This document shows positions 19,402 to 30,400 of a stretch of DNA of 64,000 nucleotides, piece by piece. The stretch covers positions 448,809 to 512,808 of the forward strand of contig CAWGXL010000011.1 of NCBI GenBank assembly GCA_963826535.1, in the 5' to 3' direction. Position 1 is the stretch's first letter, and every line of letters begins with the position of its first letter. A model generated the notes under the pieces. The model worked only from the letters and a program-made list of their open reading frames with translations. It searched no databases and was not told the DNA's origin. Origin of the DNA: an uncultured bacterium. GTDB lineage: Bacteria; Patescibacteriota; Microgenomatia; Levybacterales; UBA12049. The translations under genes and the position numbers were made by a program.

Positions 19402-20217
19402 TTATTTTCCACTTATAATACTTTGTCTCTTTGCTAAATCCTCATTCATGATCAAATCAATTATCGACAAATTCTGTAGAAATCCGGTTTTGGGGAATTG
19501 TTGGGTATAGGGCTGGCATTTCCAGTCCTGAAGTATGGTTTTAATGCCGGCTTTATGGAAGGCGTCCTCGTCCATATAAGCGCTGTGACTTGTCCCGCCA
19601 TAGATGTATTCATCGGCACCCGCGTATTTACAAAGCGCGATACACCAGTCATTCGTATGATTTTTCTCGGGCGGAGGGACACTAGACTCAGATGCCAGAA
19701 AAATAGTTTTTAGCCGGAATGGATGATCTTTTTTAAGTAATTCACTTATTCCTTCTTTAGTGAGTGCGTCTTTGGGGAGCGGTTCTTGAGTTATAAGTCT
19801 TGCTAGTCCCCATATTACAGTTGTTAATGTCAAATCCGAAATATTATCATAGCGTTTCGTAAGAATCACTTCTATCTCAGGAAAAAATCGAGAAAAATTC
19901 TGTGATTTTCTGTAGCCAACTTCAATGCTTTTCAAATGATCTTTTGCCCAGTTTTGCGAATAATCAATCACTGTTTTATTAATTGGAAGTAATCTTTCAT
20001 GGGAGGGGACAGCGAGGAATAATTCTCCCTGAACTTGCTTTATAATTGTATGCGCCTGATATGATTTTCCCCGTTTAGTTGTGCCATCGGGAAGAGGATA
20101 TGCATGTTTTTTGACGAATTGTACGTAATCAGAGACCTCAAATATATCCGAGTCGACTACGCGATTAAGATAGTGAAGTCTTGGAAAATATTGTGGTTGA
20201 TAGCCGCAGAGCCTCAT
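19402..20217 (-). CDS. WbqC-like family protein (polysaccharide biosynthesis associated)
   Basis: N-terminus LCGYQPQYFPRLHYLNRV resembles the WbqC-family MQP.Y.P..GYF start. Confidence 0.45.
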   Translation of the reverse strand: MRLCGYQPQYFPRLHYLNRVVDSDIFEVSDYVQFVKKHAYPLPDGTTKRGKSYQAHTIIKQVQGELFLAVPSHERLLPINKTVIDYSQNWAKDHLKSIEVGYRKSQNFSRFFPEIEVILTKRYDNISDLTLTTVIWGLARLITQEPLPKDALTKEGISELLKKDHPFRLKTIFLASESSVPPPEKNHTNDWCIALCKYAGADEYIYGGTSHSAYMDEDAFHKAGIKTILQDWKCQPYTQQFPKTGFLQNLSIIDLIMNEDLAKRQSIISGK

Positions 20218-20220
20218 AAA

Positions 20221-20952
20221 TTAGACAATCATCCGGTAAGTGAAAAATGCTTCCGCCGCAGAAGCGCCTGATTCAATACCCCGGTAATGAGCAAGATTTT
20301 TCATGGATTGTGTTGACCGCGGATGAGCGCCATTCCTTATCTGTGAACGGTATAGTTTTAGGGCAGTTAGCTTGGTTTTTAAATCCTCATCCTTAAGACT
20401 CAAGTAAAAATTCAAATTAGGGGCATTAGTATTCCACCAATTTGCGGTGGGTACCGATTCATAACCTAAAACAACTTTTTGAAAAGGCTTGGTATCAACA
20501 GGCGCGGGCCGGGTTGCAGCGAGCACTGCTTCAGTGCAGACGCGATGATCCTGATTGTAGTCAGGATAGATTGGGGTTGTCACTATAGTTGGCTTAATTG
20601 TGTTAAGAGAAATTTTTATTCCGTTTTCAATTTCATTCATCATATCTTTTTGGGGTATTTTATCGAGCTTCAGGTGAAAATCATCGCCAAAGAAAGCTAT
20701 TCTATAGTCATCGAATTTCAAGTATTTTGCCACATTTTCAATTTCTTTTACGCGTTCGTGTCCTGTTGAGATACCTGTTTTGCTATTATCCAATGTCACC
20801 CCAACTGTCAGAAAAAGCACGTAGACTTTGCCGCCTTCATCTTTGACTCTTTTAATTAAACCACCGCATCCGAGCACCTCATCATCGGGGTGAGGGGAGA
20901 TGATTAATAATGTTTGTTTTTTAAAGTTTAACATAGTGGATAAAGCTAACAT
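20221..20952 (-). CDS. PIG-L/LmbE-family N-acetylglucosaminyl deacetylase
   Basis: IISPHPDDEVLGCGG signature. Confidence 0.75.
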   Translation of the reverse strand: MLALSTMLNFKKQTLLIISPHPDDEVLGCGGLIKRVKDEGGKVYVLFLTVGVTLDNSKTGISTGHERVKEIENVAKYLKFDDYRIAFFGDDFHLKLDKIPQKDMMNEIENGIKISLNTIKPTIVTTPIYPDYNQDHRVCTEAVLAATRPAPVDTKPFQKVVLGYESVPTANWWNTNAPNLNFYLSLKDEDLKTKLTALKLYRSQIRNGAHPRSTQSMKNLAHYRGIESGASAAEAFFTYRMIV

Positions 20953-21048
20953 ATTATAAGTTATATTTCTTATATTGCAATAGTTGATGTAGTGATATCA
21001 GTCGGGCATAGTAGGCAAATGCATGAATTAAGTTCGAAGAAGCCAATA

Positions 21049-21960
21049 CTAAATCTTCCAACCAAGTTCTTTTTTAATTTCATTTACGGTTATTATATAT
21101 TGCTCTTTCGTTAACTGATTATTTAAAATACAATATTTTTTATTGTTCAATCCTACACACCCGAAGCAGTCAGAGCAGTTTTTGATATTTGTTCCATAGT
21201 AACAATTTGTACAAAACTCACTATATTGTAAAAATGCACAATCGTATAAAGAAGGTCCTGAATGCACAAGTTCATAACACCTTTCACCAAGAACTCCCGT
21301 AAGGTATCCTTTTTTGCCGGAGTTAGCGATATCCCAACAATTCTTTGTGGCAGTACCAACATACATATATCCTGAATTTTCACAATATTGACTGTTAAAT
21401 GACCAATAACAATTCTTTGAATTATATATATAGTTTCCGTAAGCACTGTTCTCGCTATTGATTTGTTGACTGGCAGGATGCGGTGTCTGTAGTTTAATCT
21501 CAAACAATTGCTCCAGAATCTTTTCCGGCATCTCTTTTTTCAGTTCCCGGACTCTTTTAATGTAATCTTCTTTTGTATATTGAATATTCAAAATGCAGTA
21601 TTTTTTATGAGTTAAAGCAACACAACCAAAGCAATCAGTACAATTGTTTAGAAAGGCTGAGAAGTGACAAGCAGTACAACTATTACAATCCATTAAATAC
21701 GAGCAACTGTTACATTTGTTTGAGTCTATAGATTGATAACACTTTTCAGATTCTATTACCAAAATACAATCTACCAGTTTATTTCCCCAACCGATAGTAC
21801 TATACATACTATCTTCTAATGCAACTGAGTCGAAGCAGTAGTAGCAATTCTTGCTTCTGATAGTATTATCTACATATTCGCAATCTATAGTATAAGGAGA
21901 AAAAACTGCAGGTACAGGAATAGATTTTTTCAAGAGCTCATATTTTTCAAGAAAGGTCAT
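21049..21960 (-). CDS. Cys-rich CxxC-repeat protein, paralog 5 (dispersed copy)
   Basis: MTFLEKYELLKKSIPVPAV ... KELGWKI. Start moved to the conserved M. Confidence 0.65.
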   Translation of the reverse strand: MTFLEKYELLKKSIPVPAVFSPYTIDCEYVDNTIRSKNCYYCFDSVALEDSMYSTIGWGNKLVDCILVIESEKCYQSIDSNKCNSCSYLMDCNSCTACHFSAFLNNCTDCFGCVALTHKKYCILNIQYTKEDYIKRVRELKKEMPEKILEQLFEIKLQTPHPASQQINSENSAYGNYIYNSKNCYWSFNSQYCENSGYMYVGTATKNCWDIANSGKKGYLTGVLGERCYELVHSGPSLYDCAFLQYSEFCTNCYYGTNIKNCSDCFGCVGLNNKKYCILNNQLTKEQYIITVNEIKKELGWKI

Positions 21961-22200
21961 CTTTTTTATTTCGTTTAATCTACGCACAGTTTAACATAGG
22001 CGTTTATGTAGTCAAGATTCAGTTGTACATTATACATGAATTGGGTCTATTGACAGGTTTGAGGAGCGTATGATAATATAATTCCACGATTAAACAAAAG
22101 AGTCGTCTATGATAATGTTTGCAACTAACCTTTTAATTTCTAGTTATTCCGCAGATATTTAACGTCTTCTTTTGGTTTAATTTCATCTCATAAAATATAG

Positions 22201-22227
22201 ATTCCCGCCTTCGTGGGAATGACAATT
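22201..22227. repeat. hairpin repeat ATTCCCGCC-TTC-GTGGGAATGACAA (family copy 2)
   Basis: Matches 6288-6314 and 45966-45992. Confidence 0.55.
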
Positions 22228-22267
22228 GGAAGAAGAACTTTTAAAATCGGATATTCGCCCTTTACTG

Positions 22268-22307
22268 AGAACGTTAAACGTTTCTTTCGAGGAACGTCAA
22301 ACGTTTC
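22268..22307 (+). promoter_or_regulatory. two tandem near-palindromic 16-bp sites GAACGTTAAACGTTTC / GAACGTCAAACGTTTC upstream of tRNA-Ala/23S
   Basis: Direct repeat of palindromic AACGTT/AAACGTTT cores spaced 24 bp apart, immediately 5' of the tRNA. Confidence 0.3.
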
Positions 22308-22311
22308 ATTC

Positions 22312-22384
22312 GGGCCGGTAGCTTAGCTGGTAGAGCGTCGCGTTTGCATCGCGAAGGTCGAGAGTTCGAATCTCTTCCGGTCCA
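22312..22384 (+). tRNA. tRNA-Ala(TGC)
   Basis: Hand-folded cloverleaf. Acceptor GGGCCGG/CCGGTCC with G3:U70. Anticodon loop TTTGCAT. TTCGAAT T-loop. No encoded CCA. Confidence 0.85.
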
Positions 22385-22386
22385 CT

Positions 22387-22418
22387 AGCTTAGCTATTAG
22401 CTGTCAGCTATCAGCTTT
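22387..22418. repeat. ATTAGCT(N)TCAGC motif copy (tagctattagctgtcagctatcagc)
   Basis: Same motif at 27175-27200 and 42063-42097. Confidence 0.45.
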
Positions 22419-23191
22419 TGGATTTATGATTTTTTTGTCTGAAAGCAGAAAGCTAAGAGCTTAAAGCAAATTTTGCTTCGCAGTTTGAAGCAAGCCCCCT
22501 AGTTAGAGGGGGTTTTCTTCAAGCGTTGTGAGGCATGTCTTTTTACCCAAGGGTATGAGACAGGGTTTTTTGATTCTTGACTCCGATTTAAACGGAGTTG
22601 ACAGAACGAAAGGACTTAAAGCTTATCAATTGAGGTTCTTTGACAAGTGAAGAGAAGATCCCGCGTTTTGCTATCTGGCAAAATACGGGATTGTGGAAAT
22701 GTAAATATTTATTAATGCCAACAATGGATGCCTAGGAGATTCTGGCCGAGGAAGGACGCAGACGGCGGCGATACTCGTCGGGGAGGTGCCATCAACCTCT
22801 GATCCGGCGGTTTCCGAATGGAGCAATCCCTCCATCGCAAGATGGAGACCCTAGCGTAAAAATGGTTCGCAAGAATCATATAGCATTAGGGTGGGAACGG
22901 CGTGAACTGAAACATCTTAGTAACGCCAGGAAAAGACATCATATGAGATTCCCTTAGTAGCGGCGAGCGAAAGGGGAACAGCCTAAACTCCGATTTATCG
23001 GAGGGTTGCAGGGCAGACGATATTTGAGTGTTGCGAATAGCAGAAAGATCCGGAATGATCTTCCAAAGAAAGTGAAAGGCCTGTATGCGAAATTCAAAAC
23101 ACCGATAGTTTGTTCCTAAGTACCATGGAGCACGATTTAAACTCTGTGGGAATCCGGGTCGACCACGATCCAAGGCTAAATACCAGAATCT

Positions 23192-23230
<39 letters not shown>

Positions 23231-23544
23231 CACCCCGGAAGGGGGATGAAATAGAACTGAAATTGTTGGCTAACAAGCAGACAGAGGCCTTCGGCGAAAG
23301 CTCAGGCTAATGTCGTGCCTATTGAAGAATGAGCCGGTGAGTTTTTGATTGCTGCATGTTTAACCAATTTTACATTGGGAAGACGAAGTGAAAGCGAGCC
23401 CTAATTGGGCTACCAAAGTAGCAGTCATTAAACCCGAAACCGGGTGAGCTAACCTTGAGCAGGGTGAATCCCGACTAAAGTCGGGAGGAGGCCCGAACTC
23501 GTGAATGTAGCAATATTCTGAGATGACTTGAGGTTAGGGGCAAT

Positions 23545-23576
<32 letters not shown>

Positions 23577-23810
23577 CCCGAAATATATTAAGGTATAGCG
23601 CTTGGTAATTACAGCAGGGGGTAGAGCACTGAATGGTTCGCGGCGGCGCAAGCTGTCGTAACCAATCAAACTCCGAATACCTGTCTTGTGTATCCAAGTA
23701 GTCAGTCTTGTCGGGCTAAGCTGATGAGATTAAAGGGAAACAACCCAGACTCTCGATTAAGGCCTCGAAATAAAGGCTAAGTTTTAAAGGAAGTCAAATT
23801 CCAGAGACAT

Positions 23811-23841
<31 letters not shown>

Positions 23842-23924
23842 TAAAGATAGCGTAACAGCTCACTGGCGGATGGGATTTGGCGCCGAAAATGTAACGAGGA
23901 TTAAGCCTTTTGCCGAAATCGGAG

Positions 23925-24112
23925 ACTCTTGTCCGGAGGACAAGGAATATCAAAATACGAAGCACAGGATTAAATTCAAAATCCAAAATTACAAATTCCA
24001 AATAATATCAAAATTCAAATAATAAAATTCAAAACATTTAGAATTTTGATATTTGGATTTATTTAGGATTTGGTGCTTTGATATTTGAATTTCTCGTCCT
24101 TTGGATGAGTTT
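23925..24112 (+). other. intervening sequence (IVS) hairpin in the 23S helix-45 region, ORF-less
   Basis: An AT-rich inverted repeat of about 150 nt replaces the helix between GCCGAAATC.. and ..GGTAGGGGAGCG (E. coli helix 45 position). Sequence-related to intergenic elements at 5259-5359 and 37060-37168. Confidence 0.6.
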
Positions 24113-24860
24113 GGTAGGGGAGCGTCTTAAGTGCAGTGAAGTCGAATCGTAAGGTTTGGTGGAGCGGTTAGAAGTGAGAATGCCGGCATGAGTAGCGTAA
24201 TCCGCCTGAGAACGGCGGACACCGAAAGCACAAGGTTTCCTCCGCAATGTAAGTCAGCGGAGGGTAAGTCGGACCTAAGGGTATTCCTCGTTAAAGGGGA
24301 TTAGCCCGATGGACAAGTCGTTAATATTCGACTACAGGATGTGTGTATTATAAGGGGGTGTCGAAGGTGGAAGAATTGAGCGGGCCGCAAGGCTGCCGTC
24401 TAAGCAGTAAGATAGGGATAATTGGCAAATCTGTTATTCTGGTTAATTAAGCTGCGAATGAAAGCTGCGTGTAAAAACGGAGCGATTTGATCTCTTTCAG
24501 CTTCCAAGAAACGCCTCATTATCCAAATCGTAAGATTTGGAAAACACATGTTTTTCCGTACCGCAAACCGACACAGGTGTGCAGGTCGAGAAGACTAAGG
24601 TGATCGGAAGATGGATGATTCAGGAACTCGGCAAAAAAGCTAGGCGTAACCTATGGGAGATGCCTTGCCCCGCTATGCGGGGCTGCAACAAAAGTTTACT
24701 TAGCGACTGTTTATCTAAAACACAGGTCCCTGCAAAGCCGAAAGGCAACGTATAGGGGCTGACACCTGCCCAGTGCCGGTAAGTCAATGATGCTGAGTGA
24801 TGTCGCCGCAAGGCGACTGAGCTTGGTATCAAAGCTCCGGTGAACGGCAGCAGTAACTAT

Positions 24861-25575
24861 GAATACAGTTTGTAGTTGTAAAAGTCGACTAAATGCTGGA
24901 ATACCCGGTTGTATATGTTGATACTTTGGTCTATTATAAATAGAATATGCCAGGTAACAATTCAACATTGAGCGTCAATGAGACGCACCGGACAATCAGC
25001 AGGAAAGACTTGAGCCGAGAAGAACTAGGATTTTTCCTAGCAGGATTTGTTGAAGGAGAAGGGAGTTTTAATGTTTCATTACGACGAAAATCAGACTATC
25101 AAGTAGGATGGCAAGTCGTTATGAGCTTTAATGTTTCTCAAAAAGATCCGACTTTGCTTTTTCAATTAAAAGAGCAATTAGGATGCGGGATAATTAAAGT
25201 ACGAAAGATTGATAAACTCTATTCATTTGATGTAACAAATCCTAAGGATATAATCCAAAGAGTTATTCCATATTTTCAAAAATATCCAGTTCTTTCTGTT
25301 TCTAAACAAAGAAACTTTTTTTTATTTTGTGCAATAGCATATTTAATGGAGAAAGGTGAACATAGAAATTTGATAGGACTTCGGAAAATCCTTGAACTTC
25401 GGGAGATAATTAACGAAGGAAAAGGACGAAAACGAAAATATGAAATAGCAGATGTTTTTCTTGCTTAAGAATCCTCAGAGACTATACGTCGACCCCCGAT
25501 TAAATCGGGGATGATATAGTCCGACCTCATGGGCGACCATGAGACTCTGTAATCAATCAGAGCTTGTAACAATGT
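24861..25575 (+). mobile_element. group I intron at 23S GTAACTAT site (E. coli about 1917) encoding a homing endonuclease
   Basis: Exon sequence stops after gtaactat (24860) and conserved exon text resumes later. Contains the LAGLIDADG ORF. Confidence 0.7.
24947..25468 (+). CDS. LAGLIDADG homing endonuclease (single-motif type)
   Basis: LAGFVEGEGSF motif. 173 aa. Located within the 23S intron. Confidence 0.8.
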   Translation: MPGNNSTLSVNETHRTISRKDLSREELGFFLAGFVEGEGSFNVSLRRKSDYQVGWQVVMSFNVSQKDPTLLFQLKEQLGCGIIKVRKIDKLYSFDVTNPKDIIQRVIPYFQKYPVLSVSKQRNFFLFCAIAYLMEKGEHRNLIGLRKILELREIINEGKGRKRKYEIADVFLA

Positions 25576-25590
25576 GAACTGTTCTAAGGT
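25576..25590 (+). other. putative 15-nt 23S micro-exon AACTGTTCTAAGGTA between two introns
   Basis: Matches E. coli 23S AACGGTCCTAAGGTA (13/15). Flanked by intron-like sequence on both sides. Confidence 0.4.
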
Positions 25591-25842
25591 AACCAACTTC
25601 GTTGCCCTAGGAGTCAGTGTTTTAGTAATCCAACTATTTGCTGGAAAGACTCAGAATCCGACAATACCTGCAGAGGTAATAATTTGTTCGGTGGAGTTGA
25701 TCAGCAGGGAAGATCCCGATTAAATCGGGAAACCCTCAGAGACTATACGTTGGACCCCGATAAAATCGGGGAAGATATAGTCCGAACTCTATAGCGATAT
25801 AGAGAAATATAGATTACAAGGGTCTATAGATTAACATATTGA
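25591..25842 (+). mobile_element. second ORF-less group I intron (about position 1931), 3' region homologous to the first intron
   Basis: A 57-nt block CCTCAGAGACTATACGT..CCCGAT(T/A)AAATCGGGGA.GATATAGTCCGA.CTC occurs at 25472-25528 and 25733-25790. Exon resumes at GCGAAGTTCCTTGTCGGG. Confidence 0.45.
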
Positions 25843-26314
25843 GCGAAGTTCCTTGTCGGGCAAGTTCCGACCCGCACGAAAGGTAGAACGACTGAGTAAC
25901 TGTCTTAATCATCTATCCGGCGAAATTGAGATGGCTGTGAAGACGCGGCCTAGGTATACATGGACAAAAAGACCCCGGGAGCTTTACTGTAGCTTGGCAT
26001 TTGCAAGCTCGTTTTAATTGTTTAGAATAGGAGGGAGACTTCGGTCAACAGTGAAATACCTCTCTTTGAAATGAGCGAGCATCACTTCTAGCCGCATAAA
26101 AATACGGCAGAGGGACATTGTCTGGTGGGCAGTTTTACTGGGGAGGTAGACTCCTACAACGCAACGGAGTCGTGCAATGGTTGGCTAATCTTGAATGGAA
26201 ATCAAGATGATAGCATAAAGGCAAAAGCCAGCTTGACTGCGAGACCCACAAGTCGAGCAGGTACGAAAGTAGGCCTTAGTGATCCTCCGATGCTTGGTGG
26301 CAAGCACGGAGCTT

Positions 26315-26347
<33 letters not shown>

Positions 26348-26390
26348 GATCGCATCCAAGCGTCCACAGCGACGATGCGGTTTGGCACCT

Positions 26391-26728
26391 TAAGTAACAT
26401 TGGGGCGCCTATAGAGCAATCTGTAAGTCTGGTTATTCAATAACGCATTTAGAGAGTGCGGTGAATAAAAATACTAGTCAAAATCGGTGAATACCATTGA
26501 TATGAACAATTAATGGTTAATACCGAGGTTCTGTAAAGCAGAATGATCTTTATGATACTGCTGGCAGCACCGTATCGACTTTTATGTTCAGTTAATATGG
26601 GCATAAAGAGAAGGGGCTTTTGTTCCCGATTTAACGGGGCAAAAAATTATAGTCCTTCTAAAACACTAGCTCCTTTAGCAATAGAGGATGAAGGTATAGT
26701 CAACGCGTTTGGTAACAAACGAATAGAG
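26391..26728 (+). mobile_element. ORF-less intron at 23S position about 2449 (between GGCACCT and CGATGTCGGCTCATCACATCC)
   Basis: A 338-nt non-rRNA insertion between two perfectly conserved exon blocks. Confidence 0.55.
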
Positions 26729-26789
26729 CGATGTCGGCTCATCACATCCTGGGGGTGGAGAAGCTCCCAAGGGTCCGGCTGTTCGCCGG

Positions 26790-26820
<31 letters not shown>

Positions 26821-26967
26821 GCGTAAGCCAGTTCGGTCTCTATCCTGTATACACGTTTGAGATTTGAGGAGATTTGATCCTAGTACGAGAGGACTGGATT
26901 GAGGGAATCCCTGGTGTGCCAGTTGTTCCGATATTATCGGGCATCGCTGGGTAGCTAGATTCCCATC

Positions 26968-27000
<33 letters not shown>

Positions 27001-27174
27001 GTCTCCAAGATTAGATCTCGATCCCCGATTTATCGGGGGAAAGACCCTGGGAGACTACCAGGTTGATAGGCGGGCGGTGGAAGCTTCGTAAGGAGTTAAG
27101 CTTACCCGTACTAATGGTCGAGGAGTATTTTTTTTCCTATTCTCTTCACTTTTCAAGGAACTTGAATTAGCTTT

Positions 27175-27200
27175 CAGCTGTCAGCAATTAGATATATTGA
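27175..27200. repeat. ATTAGCTTTCAGCTGTCAGC motif copy between 23S and 5S
   Basis: See 22387-22418 and 42063-42097. Confidence 0.45.
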
Positions 27201-27213
27201 AAAGAGAAATTTT

Positions 27214-27331
27214 CTGGTGATTTGAGCGATGTGGCACCACCTCTTCCCATTCCGAACAGAGAAGTGAAACGCATCAGCGCCTACGATACTAAGCACGATA
27301 GGTTGCATGGGAAAATGGGTCATCGCCAGGA
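27214..27331 (+). rRNA. rrf: 5S rRNA
   Basis: TCTGGTGA..CCCATTCCGAACAGAGAAGTGAAAC..CATCGCCAGGA conserved 5S blocks. Confidence 0.8.
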
Positions 27332-27412
27332 GATTTCTCTTTTTAATTAAAACCCTGTACTGTGGATACCAGATTAAAAGCCTAGTAGTTATGAGATTTG
27401 GTAACGATGGCT

Positions 27413-30400
27413 TTAGGCATTAGTTTTTGTTTCAAAATATCTATCAATAGTTTCCAGCATTGCTTCGTATCCTGATGGTTTGAGTATTTCAATAAAATTA
27501 TCATGGTTAAGAAATTTAATATTTACACCCGGGTCTAAAATTTTGTATTTTTGTTTGAATTTATCGTATGGTAAACGCTGTCCATTTTCATAAGCTGCTT
27601 CTTGAAAACTTCTAAATGCTTCTTCCATATTGCCTCCATTGGCCAGTATCCAATTTTCAACGCCTACGCCGCCGAATCCTCCATGCTCTTGCTTTTTATA
27701 GGCATGACCCTCTTTGAGTATTTGTTTTGCGAGAATAATATTAGCCACAGTTTGTTCATAAGCTTCTTGTCCACTATGTGTTTTTATAGAAGTTAGTTTG
27801 TCGCGAATGGCATCATGTGTACCGTAGGAACTTATATCAGATTTATTTGCAAAACCAATATCTATATCTAAAGGCTTATCCAGGCGTAAGCCACCAATTT
27901 CTGTTACACCTTGATTTCTAAGTTGATAGTAGCCGGCTTCTTGTGCGCTAGAATTATCTTTTTCGAAAACCATAGTTGCTTTTATGGCTTCGGCTAACTG
28001 TTGGGCACGCGGGAAATCTAAGGCATCCAGATTAAGGCTAAAATCAAAATCAAAATCTCCAGGCATATTCGTATGACGCCCAGTTGAGCCGGTATCTAAT
28101 AAGTCAGCTCCTAATATACTTGTGTCAAATTCTGTACGCAAGGATACGCCAAGTCCACTTAATGCTTTTTGGATTTGCTTTCTAACAATTTGTGTTGCAA
28201 GACTTACACGTTCACTATCTTCACCTAATCCGGCAACTATTTCTGAAATTTTTGAATAAGATACTTGATCCGGAGTTGTAGGGTGGATTTCTAATTTATT
28301 GCCTTCGTACTTATCTATTCCTGCAAAAACCTTACGAAAATCATCAAACATTTTCGGAGTAAAAAGAACTTTTCCCTTAGTGTCAGTTACTGGTATGTAA
28401 AAGCCGTTTTGCGCGATTTCAAAGAACACTTTTTCCATTTCCTTGGGCTGCGAAGCTAGCGAGTCTAAGGTTATCATGAAATCTATTTCACTGGTAGGAA
28501 AGCCCGTTCGTATTCCATAATGACGATCTCCACGTACACCGGTTTGGAAAAGTTCCAATTTTCCAGCTTCCCCCTTGATCTGACCTTCACGGTTAGTCAA
28601 TTGGTATTGTCCGCGATCTTTAAGCGCAAACAGCAATTGGCCATATCCTCCAGCAAGAGACATTTCTATTGCTCCGGAAAAACCGTTTTCTGTATCTTCT
28701 GGCTTGACCAGGCTGATGTCAGTATCGAATGGAGTAGAATCTGAGTTCGAACTTGCTCCTAAAAATTCTTTTGCCACAGAGCCGTTTTGAAGAATATTTG
28801 AAATATATCTCACGTCAACCCCCTTGAGAAAATCGCCGGATTTTAACTCAAGCGTAAATTCCTCATTCCCTTCGCTGGTTTTGTGCTGGGCTTCTTCAAT
28901 CATTGCCCTGTTTCTTTGATCGGCAGAAGATTTGGCCGTACGCATTTTTTCAAGCAATTGTTCAAGACTTGTTATGCCTGCCGGTTGTAGATACATCTCG
29001 GAAATTCTCTCAAGAACTGTTTGATTTTCGCCAACCTTTAAACTTTTACGCACACTGTTTATCCTTTCCTGTATATTGGAAAGCCCGGCGCTTTTAAAAG
29101 CGTCGTCCGCAGTTTCCAATGCTGATCTAGCATGTAAAGTTTCTAGTTTGCCCACAAAATAGCCGAGCTGTTCTTGTTGACGGGGATCTAGGCTTGATAA
29201 TCCTTCTTTCTCATACTGTTCCATCACTTGGCTGCCGCCTTGCAGTGTTTTTGCATATTCTTTTAAAGACCTGTTACCCGACTTGATGTGTACATCTAGT
29301 AAGTCCTGATAAATAGTACTATAACGCCTCCTGGTGCTCGACTGTTTTAATATAGGGCTTACCCTATCGGCATTGGTGTCAATTTGGGAACCTAATTTTT
29401 CCGGAGCATATAGCGTTTCAAAAACTCCAAAAATTTTACCAACAGTCGGAATATTATTTTTAATAAAAATTGATTCAATTTTTTGATAATTTTCGACCGG
29501 GTTATCAGACTCAACCAACTGAGCTATCAATGAGTCTTTAAGCCTCTGTATTTCCTGAGAGGGAGAATCGCCAATTTTTTGAAAAATTTCCAGGTATGTA
29601 GAAACTTTTTCCGGAGACATTGATGAGATTGGGATTATGGCGTCAAGGTTGCGCCACATAAAATCTTGAGATTTGGGAGAATCCTTAAATCTTTCAAAGA
29701 TGGGTAAAAGATTGTGTTCGGAAATACTTTTAAGAGCTATAAAATCTTCTATCGGATTCCGATGCATACCTATCATATCTAATTGCTGATGAATTTCAAA
29801 GATTCTTGGATTGTCACGAAGTTCTTCGAATTTAGAGGTATCTACAAGAACTAACTCATATTTAGTTACATATTTCCCAGTTAGTGGGTCATATTCGTCA
29901 CTGCTTTCGTATGTATATTTAGGCACGTATTCGAAATGGTTTATCATTTTTTCTATTGCGGGACGAAGCGTGGGATCGCTGTTGACCAGTGCGGCTGCTG
30001 TGTTGATATTATTGGGTTTTTCCCTAAGTCCGTTTTTCACAAAAGCAAGTGTTTCCGGATTATCAAACATCTCCCGAAACTTAGGGTCATCGCTAATTTT
30101 GACCAGATCAGCGGCATTATGCATTGAAAAATTTATCCCAAACTCATTCTTTACATGACCTAGTGTTTCAACTGTCTTAGGTTCGAAAAGTTTGCTGCAA
30201 AGTTCTTGGTTTCTAAGCGTGCTAAGTAAGTTACTTAATTGGTTATTGTCGTGGTCATCGTTTGGATTATAACTATAGCCATAAATTTCCTTTAATTTTT
30301 TAAGGGTCGATGCGGAATCGGGAATTTTCGTTAATTCGGCTAATGCTGGCCCATTCCAAATACCTGCATTAACTTCAAATATACCAAGCTGTTTTGCAAG

